A stretch of DNA of 64,000 bases, taken from NCBI RefSeq assembly GCF_964355755.1, contig NC_092676.1, positions 7,107,888-7,171,887 of the forward strand, in the 5' to 3' direction. The stretch's first letter is position 1, and the number at the start of each line of letters is the position of its first letter. Of the stretch, positions 36,664 to 50,100 are shown piece after piece. This DNA is from Antedon mediterranea (Eukaryota > Animalia > Echinodermata). The notes under the pieces were generated by a model. The model ran no database searches. It was not told where the DNA came from and saw only the letters and a list, made by a program, of their open reading frames with translations. The position numbers and the translations under genes are program-made.

Positions 36664-38132
36664 CACAGAAGGGATAGATACACTACATGCAAATAATGAG
36701 TACTGTGTACTGACTGTGCTTGGGAGATGCTTTATCCAAAAGTTAAGGGTGATAAATAAAGTGAAAAATAAAGCTTCTTAGTCTCATTTTATTTGCTGGT
36801 GCCATTAAATACTGTTTGTACTGACATATGGTGTTATGCTTGAGTGATTTCCTTTTTTTTTTAACATTTGTACTGTATACAGTACAACTTTATATTGGTG
36901 TGTGTTTGTCCATATTATTATCATTTAGAAATTTGATGGATTTTTATTAAGGAAATATATTTTAATTTAATATTGAAAACGTTAATGTTTGCCATACGTA
37001 ATAGTACAAAACATTATTTGTTTAACCGAGTATACATACAATGGTGGATATGTGTGTATAGCCAACCACACTGTACAGTATGTATTATTAATGATTATAC
37101 TTGGTGGTGATTGTTCTGTTCTCATTCCAACAATGTCGATTAATATGGTAAACAAAGCCCATGACATTCTTGATAAATTCTACAAATCATATCTTAAGAA
37201 AGCATGGGCCTTTAGACAACGTATAAAGTCTAACATTATCGAATGATTTTTTTGTTTATATTGTATGTACTGTAATTTGGTTTAGTTATCTTACTTTGTT
37301 CTTTTTCTTTTTTTTATATATCAATTCTGTTTACAGTCATCAAATAATTCACCACATCTGAAATAATTTAATCTATGCTTTCCTGTTTATTGATGTCCCT
37401 AATTTGGGTTCCTATTGTTCCTTATCATTTTCGCTGGGTGTATCAAGAGTGTGTATATCTTAACATAGATTCTAAGTACTGTATATTCCTTTGTTCATAC
37501 TGTATACTAATTGATGCTAATTTAGTGTCCAAGCTTATGTATGTGTGTTGCATTTAATTGGTATTAGTATTACAGTTTATTTTTAATTTGGTTTTATCGA
37601 ACTTCTGTTTTATCTGAGTATTATCTGTTTTAATCTAGTCTATCTTCATTTTTATACTCATATATTTTTATATTGTATGTTTAATTGTTTTAAGGATGCA
37701 CCATTATTATGTGTGCCGCTGTTCAAAAAGCGTTTTCCAAATAAATTATATATTATATATATTATATATTCAGAAGGAGTCTAAGTACAATAGCCAATCC
37801 ATGAGGCTCTTTATTTGACTCACAAATACGCTCCAGCTCTATCTACACTGTCAAACTACAGTAGTTTGACAAAAAAAGTGTGATATGCCCAAATATGGTA
37901 GTGATGACATCATCGTGTCCAGTCAGTAAATGGACACATCACATACTGTATTTCACATGAAGCTTAATAATGTACTGTAGATGGAACGTAAGAGCAGAAA
38001 TGTTTACAAACTTTTTAATGTTTTTTTTTCTGTTTAGGTATTTCAATCAAACTTTTATGAACTGATAGTACTGTAGCCTAGCGATGTTGGCAAATTGTAA
38101 CTTCACACCCGACTCTGCACATAACTGACAAA

Positions 38133-41100
38133 ATGAATTTAGATGAAGCTGAGTTACTGCAAGACTCCAAGTACAAGACTTATTCATCTGCGGTTGAGAA
38201 AGCTCTCAAAGGCTTTGAGTATTCCAGCGAGTGGGCTGATCTTATCTCAGCTCTTGGAAAGTTAAATAGGGTAAGCTAATTTATAAGTTATGCTGGTATG
38301 GGCTATACAGTAGCATGGTAATCACCTAAAACTGTAATGTAACCTCTATATCTAGTCTAAAGTTTAAATGGCCTTCCACCAGTCTTTGTATTAATTATTA
38401 TACTCTGCAGCCACAGGCAGTAGAAGCCAGCAATTTAGTTTTTTAATACATTTGCATATTTTCTGATCTCGCCTTTAATTTGATGTACTTTCATATTTTA
38501 AGATTTTTATGATATAGTTTTAAACTAATAGTTACTGTATGATTCTTCAGTACGGTATACTTCTTAAGCTCTGTTGATACTATTAAACTAGTTTGACAAA
38601 AAAAGTGTGATGTGCTCAAATATGGTAGTGGTATGGCCAAACATGGTAGTGATATATGACATCATCATGTCCTTATATGGGCACATCACATTTTTTTGTC
38701 AACAGAAACTTCGTTAAGTGAAGACAATTAAACTTTTAGAAAAAAAAATCATTAAAGCCCCTTGTGTTTTACATAACGTTGGTGTCCCTTGATGTACTGT
38801 AGATTACTATTTATACTACTACTGTATTAAACTGTTAATCTGGCAATATTTAAATTCTATTGTGAGAATTCAGATCCAGCATGCATAAAAAGAATGCATT
38901 TAAATCAGGTCACATATTGTTATTTTATAATACCTAAAAAAACCTTTTTATGATAGAGATAATTCAAATGTCATGAACTTTATTGTTCAGATATCAATTT
39001 TAGTAAAAATATTCAATATCGTTAGTTAATTAGTTAATTTTACTTTTAGGTATCAAAATTTAAAATACTTTATTTGCCATCACAATTTAAAGATTTAAAC
39101 CCTTTTATTAGACAGACACAAAAAAATAAATGTCAAAATATTTTAAATTTAAATTGGCCGTATCAAAGTAATATTAAAGTTATTAACTTTAAGTCGAAAA
39201 TTCGAGCCAAAAACAACAAGTTTACAGTACGTAATAAAACGAGTAAATTAGGTTCGTCTGGAAAATGTTGCGAGCGAAAGTAAACAAAGATTTCAAACCA
39301 TGAGTATGCATTATACAGTATGCAATGCTAATTAGGATTGTTTACAACTCGTCACGGTTGAGAAGGTGTTTTCACACATATCGCGAGGAAGTTTTATGTT
39401 TATGCATACAGAGTAGCCAAGCAAGCGCATTGCATTATGAGATACAGTATGTTTGATCGAAAACTTTGACTGGAAGGAAGTCAAAGTTATTTTTTGAACA
39501 AAAAAAAACGTCTGTATTTCAGTTTAATTTTTTTTTTTTTGCCTAATTTTTGCTGAAAGTTAATAACTTTTTATCGAAATCTTTTATTTTTTTAAAATTT
39601 GTCAAAGGGACAATACATCTTTAAGCATACGTATATTTAAAACATTAATATCCAAACATATTGACAGCTCCAATTGGTGTAAACAAGATCACGTTAACGG
39701 CTTCCTGCCGGTTCATATACAACATCATGATAAAGAAACTCACGGTAATTTCTGAATGTGAACTAGTAGTAGTTAATAAGGCCTTAGCCATTCATCGCAA
39801 CAAACCATCATTTGTGGTCTGAGAGCATCAAATGAGCTAAAATTGTTTATCTGATTTTCACTTGTGTGTCCTGCTGCCTTTTTTTAATTTTCTTTGTAAC
39901 ACCCTGTATGTCTAAATTGTTAATATCTCATATACAGTACATACTTATAAATAGAATGTAGTTTTAATTGTCTGCCTTTGGAATTATTGATCATTCCTGA
40001 TGATGATCAAATACAGATCGAAACGTTGAATCATGGCTTGCCTCTCGTTATTTAGAGTTTAATTATTTCTAATACTACTGTATGTTATTTAAATATGATC
40101 AGTGCATCTATTGGTTTATATCGTACTGTATGTCCTTTTTAATTTGAAAACAGTCAAATATCCCATTAATGTATGTACTCCCTGAAACTAAACATTGTTA
40201 TTACTATGATAATATGTTATTTGTCATTGTAATAATTGTTTCTTGTTCACCCTACAGGCTCTGCAATCAAACAACTCTCGTTTCCGTGTTATTCCGAAGC
40301 GTTTAACAATCGGCAAGCGGCTTGCACAATGCACCCATCCGGCGCTTCCAAGTGGCGTTCATCTCAAAGCTTTAGAGACGTACGAACTAATCTTCAAGAT
40401 TATCCCTCAGCAGACACTATGCCAGGACATGTTTATTTACAGTTCTGGTATATTTCCTCTACTTGGCAACGCAGCTATGTCAGTCAAACCGGTTTTGCTA
40501 AGCCTCTATGAAGAGTATTATTTACCGCTAGGTGAGCACCTGAAACCAGCTCTTACAGGGCTTCTGCAAGGCATCCTACCAGGCCTAGAAGAAGGTTCAG
40601 AATATTATGAAAGGTTCGTATGTGGATTGGGTTTCCTAATAATTCCCTTTATATTTATGTGCGAATGAACAAATCCAGTTTACACATCTAGCTCATGCAC
40701 TGTGCACTTTAAAGAACCTAGTACATCTTTTGTACACACACACAGCCATTGTCTCACACAGCCACTGTGCAATTGGGACTGGACCTTTTTAGAGGTGTAC
40801 AGTTGTATACCACTTGTTGGTCCCATCCTCCACTAATTTACATCTGTGTGAGAAGTTGAATAAATAAAAAAGTGTGTTAAGGTTTGATCATCAGTTCTTT
40901 GGTGAAAAAAATATGGTTTTTTTTAATAGCTTTTATTCTGTACATTTTAAAAACAATAACAAACATATTCCATCTTTTCTTTCAATCTCTGTCTAAACTA
41001 TCAAACTAGTTTGACAAAAAAAGCATGATGTGCCCAAATATGGTAGTGATATGCTCAAATATGGTACTGTATGACGTCATCGTGTCCATATATGGGCGCA

Positions 41101-44100
41101 TCACATTTTTGTTGGCACATAAAGTTTGATGGTGTATAGACAGAGCTTATAACATTTCTTTCCATTGTTCTATTCCTAGACACAAGTCTTGTCCTTATTG
41201 AATATTCCTTATAGTACTACTTAATGTATCAAAGTCAATATATATTTTCTTTAAATGTTAATTTGCTATGTACTCAATAACTGCTGCTAAATTTGAACAT
41301 GGATAAATATGTGTAATAAAAGATGAATTTAAAAATTGTAAAATAAAATTTTATAAAAGTTCTTTTTTCAATTTTTTATACAAGTCTACAGTATTTGACA
41401 GTAGTAGTCTTTGTTCCTTTTGACATTATCAGTTCTAAAAATAAAAGAGAATTGTGACGTTGCCGAAGCCTGATTGACTTAAAATTTAAAAAAAAAAATG
41501 TTTTCGCTTTAAGGGTGAAAAAAAACTATACAGTCCAAAACGGAAAAATAAATTATAAATTAATATTGTTTGAAACGTCGAGAAACTTCAATGTTCTTTT
41601 CAGAACCATACATGGTGTACCGCAATCTTTATATCAACATCAACGAATACAAGTTAAAAACTATTATAATTTCAACTTGCAATTGAACCACATTTTTCTC
41701 CACAGAACACAGAAGCTGTTGGAGCAGCTTTGCTCAGGAATGGATAAAGCGTCGTTCTACTCGGCACTTTGGGACTGTGTGCTAATAAGTCCTGGAATTC
41801 GTTTACAAGCGATTTCATTTGCTCTCTCCCAAGTGGACCGCAAAATCTCATTTCAAGAACAGCCTTATATAATGGGACATAATTCAGTTAAAATGGTAAG
41901 CACTGATGTATGCATAATATCTTGTATTTAATCGTCTTGAGGAAATCCCTAGGTATCAAATCTTTGTTTTTTGGAAAAGATTTTTTTATTATTATTATTT
42001 CTTTTAAATAGATTGTACTACTCTACCTGAAGTTTCTGTCTTTAATTTTCCATCATCACTGTAAAGATGTTCAATCTAAGGATCATTCACTAAACCCTTC
42101 CTTCCACCTTCGTCATATTCCTCTCATCTCCATTAGCATGCTAAGACCTCCCGCTTCCTCCACTGTACCCATCCCTCTTGTTTATACTGTATGGTCAATA
42201 TTTACCCCCTTTCTACCCTCCCGAATAATATTAAGATTGCGCTCAATTGTAAATAAGTTTTTTCTCAGTATGTAATGATTGTCTGTTAATGCGGATATTT
42301 GCCCTTGATGGCATCAAAATTGAATTGCACACATTTATCTTTATTTTTTATTTAGATACGAGCAATTAGTGAGTCCTTAGAAGATGCTGTAGTGCTGGTT
42401 CAACGAAGTGCGTTAGACCTGTTACTTCTCTGCTTCCCGCTTAACCTGACCACAATAAAGCAAAGTGAAATAGTAATGATGATGACGTCTGCATTGAACG
42501 TGCTACTACGACGCGACATGTCATTAAACCGTAGACTTTACGCATGGTTTCTTGGTAACAGTATGAACGGTACGGTCGGCGGTAAGAAACCGGTTCAGCA
42601 GGTGCTACGGTCAGATAGCACTGTTAGCACCGATGATGACCCATCTTCAGAGTTTTTTGAAAAGCATTCAAAAGAATTGCTCATTCAAGCATTGAAAAAC
42701 TGTCTGCACGCCGACCCAGACTCCAACCCGCTTGCGGAAGATTCTCCAAGTCGGCGTAAACTAGGCTTACTGCGTCCGTACCGTATTTTAATCAGTTTGT
42801 TGGATAAACCGGAAGTGACAACTCCCATCATTGACGAAATTTATCTGGAAGTCTTTCGTGCACTGTACAACCGCTGTCACGTAATAGCGGTCCAACAGGG
42901 CGCGGGAACACCGTTAATACACGCAACGAGAATGGGTAATATAGTATTTTCTGAAGGTGTTCGTCCGCAAGAATTAATTAAAACTGCTAATTTATTATTT
43001 GGGACATTTGAACCATATTTCATGTGGGAATATATAGCTAAAATGTATGACGTCTGCTGTCAGCAAAAAGTTTTAACCGAGAATACTGGTGGAATTGACG
43101 ATGATTCAAGGGTGACGATATCAGAATTATGTATGCTTGTGGAATTTCTGCTTGACATTGTATCTCTGGTAAGCAGATTCTATTTTGATTTATCATAAAA
43201 ACACAGAAATGTATTGTCTTGAGGATTAGGTTAAAAAAAAACCTCATGTTTGTGGCGTATTAAAGGGAACAAAAATCAAGAATAGACAACATACAAAAAT
43301 TTTAAAATTATACCGTACCAACTCAGTTTCAGGTAAATATAAAATAATAAATAAAAATAACTGTCTATTACTACTACTAGCAGATTTATTTACCTGTGTC
43401 AATAAGGTATTAAAGGGGTTTGATAACATAATGCAAGGTTAATTGTTGTCACAATGGTACCCGTTTAAAACCTCACAATTGGCCAAGATATAGGCAAGTG
43501 GAATATTGAATTTATTAAAAAACTTGTTTCTCTTTAATTTATTCATATAAACTTTCTTTCAAATGTAAATATCATAACTTTAAATATTTGCTTTATTATA
43601 GGAGACTTATGTTGAAATTCCAACAGAGCATTTGCCACAGTTATTGTGTAAAGTGACCATGTCCATGACTAACTATTGCGATTATTTAAGCCCTGAAGAG
43701 CTAAAGAACAGCTTGCAGCTGTGCACCAAACTACTAACTAAGGTCCAACCATCAATGGTCACTTCACCTCTTACCGAAGATGACCTGAGAATATCTGACG
43801 ATCGGATTAATGATAAAATTGAGAAAGATCGACCTTTACATCAAATGAATGGCGAGGTTTCTAGTCGGCAACTTCCGGGATTACCGTCATCTGTGAAGTC
43901 GCTAGATCGTCTTGTGTCGGAGGATCACGACGATGGAGATCGAAGTCGAAGAAAAAGTCATTCGTCTTCTTTTACAAGTGATACTAGCTCCGATTCCACC
44001 GCGCAACCAGATGTGCGATCTTCTCGTGGACTGTCCCAGCTCAGTTTGTCATCGGATACCAGCTTTTCAGAGGAGAAAACCCCACCAGTGTTCCTCATGC

Positions 44101-47100
44101 AGGCATGCGTACAATGTTTTCAATCATTTTTCGCAAAGTTTGTTGGATCTAGAGTTCTACCAAATCCAGAATTATCCACATTTATGGAAAAGTTAAGAGT
44201 ATCTCGTAGCTACTTTGGTGAAAATAAAGTAAAGTCAAAGAAAAAGGAAATGGTCCGACAGCGAAATGCAGAGACCAGACCCGAGTTAAAAGAAAGTAGA
44301 ATGGTTGAACAATTTGAAAAAAGAAGAGAAATTTATGAAAAGAAAGGAGAGAAATCTGAGGTAGGAAATCGAAAGAAACCTACATCTCCCGACAAAGTAC
44401 AAAAGAAAAACAGTCTTAAGAAAAAAGCAGATAGTATCAAAGAAAGGGCGCTTAGCCCTCGGTTGAAGCGGCAAAACTCCAAAATTGATCAGGAACGAGA
44501 AAGAAGGGAAAGAGAAATAGAAGAAAGCAGACAAGCTATGATAATGAAGTTGGAGATGGAAGAAAGAATAAGTGAAGAAAAGAAGAAAAAAGAAGAGGAA
44601 GAACGTTACCTCATTGGACTTGTCGTCAGAGATGATACCAGCCGAAAAGTAGATGCCAATCTAATGTCTGATCAATCAACTCAAAAATATTTAAGTAAGT
44701 TCAACATTCAATAATGAAATATGGTTAAAACCGATCTTATTCCTTACAAAGTTACACAGCATATCTCTGTGAAACTACTAAAGAAGACAGGTTGCAAGCT
44801 GACATCTGCAAGTCCAACAAAAGAGTGGTTTTAGTAGAAAGTCGACAAACAACAAATGGAACTTATTTAGGTAGTAGTAACTGCTGTACAAACCTATAAT
44901 GCTTCTTTGCATGTAGTCTTTAGCCCACAAAGCTCTCAGAAAATATTGCAATTCAATTTGTTATATAGTATTGTATATTGTTTATTCTATAGGTGAAGTA
45001 ACAGTAGATTGCGATAGGGCTAATAAGATCCATCAGGCTTTCTCTATAGCATGCCATCTATTGGTAGAATACACCTGCTTTCCTATGTACTGTAATGACT
45101 CCACAATTGCATCAAGTCTGTGTACACCAAAAGGTAAAGGTTAGTGAACACTCTCATACAAATATCATACAAGACAACACCACTCCTCATGTAAATGTGA
45201 CTTTCTATGAAAATCTTTGTTTCATCTTTTTTAACATTTTTTTTCTTGTTGAAATCACATCAGATATTGATTTTGATTTATCAAAAGGTAAGAAAATTAT
45301 AAAACTACATGCCTTTTCTTTGGTCTAGAATTTCATTTTCTAATTACTGGATGTTTTTATTTTTGGTTGCATGCATTGTTTTTAATAAAGAGCAACTTTT
45401 TATTTTACTGTGCTTTGTCAAATGTCCGCCATTATTCTAATTTTGTTTTAATATTTGTCAATTCATAGAAAAGGAAATTCAGTGAGTTTTTTTTTTGCTG
45501 ATTATTAGGGACCCTCAGAGGTTCACAAGACAAACATATACACAAGATGCTCTACATAAACAAAGTCGTATTACAAGTCTTTGGGAGTGGAGTAATTTTT
45601 GTACTGGGCTGTTTTCAATTTATAGTATTTTAAATTGAAATATAAAATCAATAACTGACAAATATCAGTTGTTACAGTAGCAGTTAAAATATTGATTTTC
45701 TTTGCTATGCTTCTGTCACTCGGTCATAGGTATATAACCACTATTTCATTAAAACATTTTTAAACCAGGATTTACTGACATAGCAAAAGTGCTATTATTT
45801 TTATGTTTGGGCACATCACACTTTTTTTTGTCAAAATAGTTTGACTTGTTTAAATTACATAGACTTTCATTAGGATTTAAGGTGTTGAAAGGTTACTGTC
45901 CCCATTCTTTCAATGAGTATATTAAAACTAGTGAAAGATGTCCGGGTAGGCTTTTACGTTGGAATTCGAAAGGCAATACTTTTCATAATTCTGTATTTGT
46001 TTCCTTTCCTAGACTATGGGAGCAAATACCAAATGACATAAAAGATTCACAAACAATTTCAATATTTAAGGCTGCTCTAACAAAACACTATATTTCATGT
46101 TATGTATAATTTATTTGTATTTTTCTTGTATATGGTTTTATCTTTAACTGATTGTATTGTATGGAGTGAGTGCAGAATCTGTTTGGGCTTTAGCCAATTC
46201 TCATTCCTGGTTATTTTTACATTGATGACCGAATAAATATTATTATTATTATTATTATTATTATATGAATTTAAAATTTAATTGAATGGTTAAATTGTTT
46301 TTTTGTTTTGTTTATAAGGGTCATCTCGTGACAAGTGCTTTTGTACTTCTTGACATGTTCCTGACTAAATTTTCCTTATTACTTTTTTTATCGGTTGAAA
46401 TAAAATAAATGTTGAGAATGAACATTAGATGACAAAATTATGCAAATAAAATTAATCCTGTTGAGAGATTCATTTGTACAGTATAATGTAAAGGTACAAA
46501 ATTTACAAATCTTGAATGATAAAACAGCAAATAAAATTATATTACATTTTGTTGGAGCTCTAGCTTGATGCTGCTTGCTTTCACATGACAAGGTCTTGGC
46601 CATGGTTCCTGCTCATTTGTCTACTACCTCTGTCGTAACTGATGAGTTATTTGCTCTTAGATGTGTGTCGGTTTTCAGCAGATTATCCTCGATTGCTCTA
46701 GCAGTCAATGAGATTAACTCACTACAAGGAGTTTACAAGACGTTTGCGAGTGACCAGTCTAAAGCTCTGTCTGCACTATCAAACTATTTTGACAAAAAAA
46801 GTGTGATATGCCCAAATATGGTAGTGATATGCCCAAATATGGTAGTGATATGACATCACCATGTCCATATGGGCACATATTTTTTTTTCACATAAAGTTT
46901 GATAGTGTAGACAGAGGTTTTTGATAGTGTAGACTTTAATACACTTTGATATTAATGTAGACAAGGCTTGAATACACTTTGGAAATAACAACTGTTATCA
47001 TTTCAGGAGCCTTAGATCATCTACCAGATTGGTTACAAACCCTCATCACAACTGCTTGCTTTGTCACAAACGTTGACCATCAAACAACAGCAGTGGGAAC

Positions 47101-50100
47101 ACTCCTCGAACTCATCGGCCTAACACGATCCGTCACATCCGGAACGAGTAATAAACTGGTTCTTCCAACTCCGCCAACAATTCCCGGAAGTCAAAGTGAA
47201 ACCGTCTCAGTTGTATTAATTCCTGCAATAGCGGTCAGCCATCTTGAATGTTTAAGCTATGAGTCCAGCTTTTTTCAGGTAGACAATGCATATTGTTATC
47301 TCTCTTAAGTTATACTGTAAAACCTTGAAAAAAAGCCCACTGGGCCTCTTTTCACAAATAAGTTAATCTCAAAAAGAAGCCCACCCAATAAGAGTTCTCA
47401 AAAAGCAGCCCATGGGCTTCTTTACAAGGTTTTTTAGTATATTGATAGTGTAGCCAGGTGGTAAATAAGTCCTTTTTTTTCCTTTTTTTTTTTTTTTTTT
47501 CTTCTACTTGGAACTAGTTTTGTTAAACAAGTTTTAATTCATTGTGTGCATTGAAATGTGCTCACTTAATTCCTCAACGAAGTTTCAGTGAATTCGAGAC
47601 TGTATAAAATAGACTAAATATACTATTACTAATGATGTTTTATGATTAGTTTTAATATCCTTATTTAATTTTCTTCTTTTCTTACTTTGTGTACATAGAG
47701 AGTTTCAGTGAATTTGTGGGGACATATGAGTTCCAAGACGCCTGAACTCCATCATAAGAGTGCAGAGTTACTACATCATTTGCATAATTCAACACCTGAC
47801 GTATATCTATGTGAAGATGTGATCGGTCATTCTCTGGTGCATTCAAACAGGGTAAGTATTAAGCCTTGTCTGTACTATCGAACTTTATGTGACAACAAAA
47901 TGTGATGTACCCATATGAATGAATGTCATATCACTACAATATTTTGTCATATCACTACCACATTTGGTCATATCACTACCATATTTGGGCATATCACTAC
48001 CATATTTGGTCATATCAAACTTGACAGAGCTTTAGTTTGGTTTATTACTGTGTATCATTTTTCTATTTTGTCCATCTTAATTGATTTTCGAATAACATTC
48101 AAATTATAATATTAATAATAATATCTTATTATTTCAGATAATATCTTTAGAAGCACATAACCGCTTTTCATTGCTCTGGCATTTGATACGGCCGCAGATT
48201 TTGACCTCCAGCCCAGCAAGCGGTGTCAAAACATTTGATAGGTGAGTAGAGACTTATTATATTAAACAGCATCTCCATTTAATGGCAACATTGGTGTAAT
48301 TCATTTTGTCGCCATGGATATGATATATGGTATATTGTTATTATTATATATATGGTACCGTGCCCTTAAAACCTAACCCTCTAAATAATCTCTCTCAAAC
48401 TAAAAAAAAAAGTTAAGTAAAGAATCGAACCCTAACCCATGGACCAATAGCCTCACAAGAAAACTATTGCCATAACCTATTAGGTTAACATCTATGCTTA
48501 CATAGCGCCCTCTATAATTACCCTACCTTTAGTTTTTAGAAGTATGTATACGTACCGTATCTTTAGACTTAATTTTATATTTCTGTTTTTATTTTGTCTT
48601 TCTTCTTTGTTGGAAGATATATCTAATTACAAAATCGTTTTAATGCTTTCACAGATCTTTATTAGTCATGTTGGATAGTCTACAACATCCAGACAGTGTT
48701 ATACGATCCGTGACACAAACCTGGCTTGCTCATGCAATTGAACGTGGAGATATCGCCCGTCTGTTGGAACCGGTTCTGCTAATTCTACTTGACCCCAAAA
48801 CGTCAAGAGTTTCTGCCCAATTCCTGTTATCCCATTCCCAAAAGAAAGGAAGACCAGCAAAGTTGGAGGAAAAAGCTGAGGACATTGAAGCGAAGATCTG
48901 TAGCATTAGTGGTGTGAACGGAGAGGTAACATATCATGTCACAAAAGACGGAAAGAAACCGGTTTTTCTACCACCAGAACGTGGTGACCCCATATTCGCA
49001 TGTACCACTATCGGAGATGAATTCCAGTGTGTTACCAAAGTTAACCCAGAACTGCATTATCAGATTCCTTCAGAGACTTTGACAAAACCTTTGAAACTCA
49101 CGGTAAATCCTATGAGCCATGCTTCTTTCAGCGATTCTGAAAGCGACCCTGTCACGCCCTCTGCTAAACGAGGATCATTAGACAAACGAAGCTCCACACC
49201 CGAAAGCTTCAATAGCGATTTTGATAGGAATTTAAGTTTTTCTACCAGTGATCTTAGCGTGACCGGTATCGGTAGCATTTCAAACCTAATGGAAGCTGAG
49301 CAATCATACGTCTTCAATGAAGATGCCACTGAATCCATCGAAGAAATTGTCCAAGATGTTTTAGAGGCCATTATAGACCAGGTTGTACTACAGCTAGATG
49401 ATAGTTCAGGTAGTGACGATGAGAACAGTCAAATATATTCAGGAAGGGGTAGCAAACAAGGAACACCAAAATTTAGTAAATCTGGAAGAGCAAAAGTAAT
49501 GCCTTCATTGGAGGCAGTATTTTCTGACGATACATTTATTGATGATCTTGAAGGAGTACTGTCTGGAATGGAGACTGATGGAGACCCAGATTCACCAAAG
49601 AAGGATTGGAGTCCAAAGAAAGGGAAACTTACAGCTATCCAGAGTGCCAATCAGTCTACTCTTAATACATTGCAACATCATATTTTACTCTATGTTCAAG
49701 TGTTCGATGCACAGCGATCTCTATACGTTCTGTCGCTTCTCAAATCCGTGCTAACCACTAATCCACGTCCGTTTGTCTGTGCAATGTCATCCACGAGTTT
49801 GAGTAGCGCTAACACGACACAATTGATACGACTGCAGCATCTTCTGGCAAGACACAAGGCCAGCATATTGGGACGAGATTTCTTTTCTGAAATTCCTCAA
49901 GACTCTATTTCTTCCTTCCGAAGCAGTACGTACCTTGACATCGTACTTTCTGTCTGTGTATATTTCATACGTAGTTACTATCCCAAAGATTCAAAAGCCA
50001 CTGACTTTGATGTTACAGGAAATCGAGACGTTCAGATAGCCAGTATGGATATCCTGCGACGTATTCTGAATGAGTTAGTTGAGGTGGTGAAAGTTAATGG

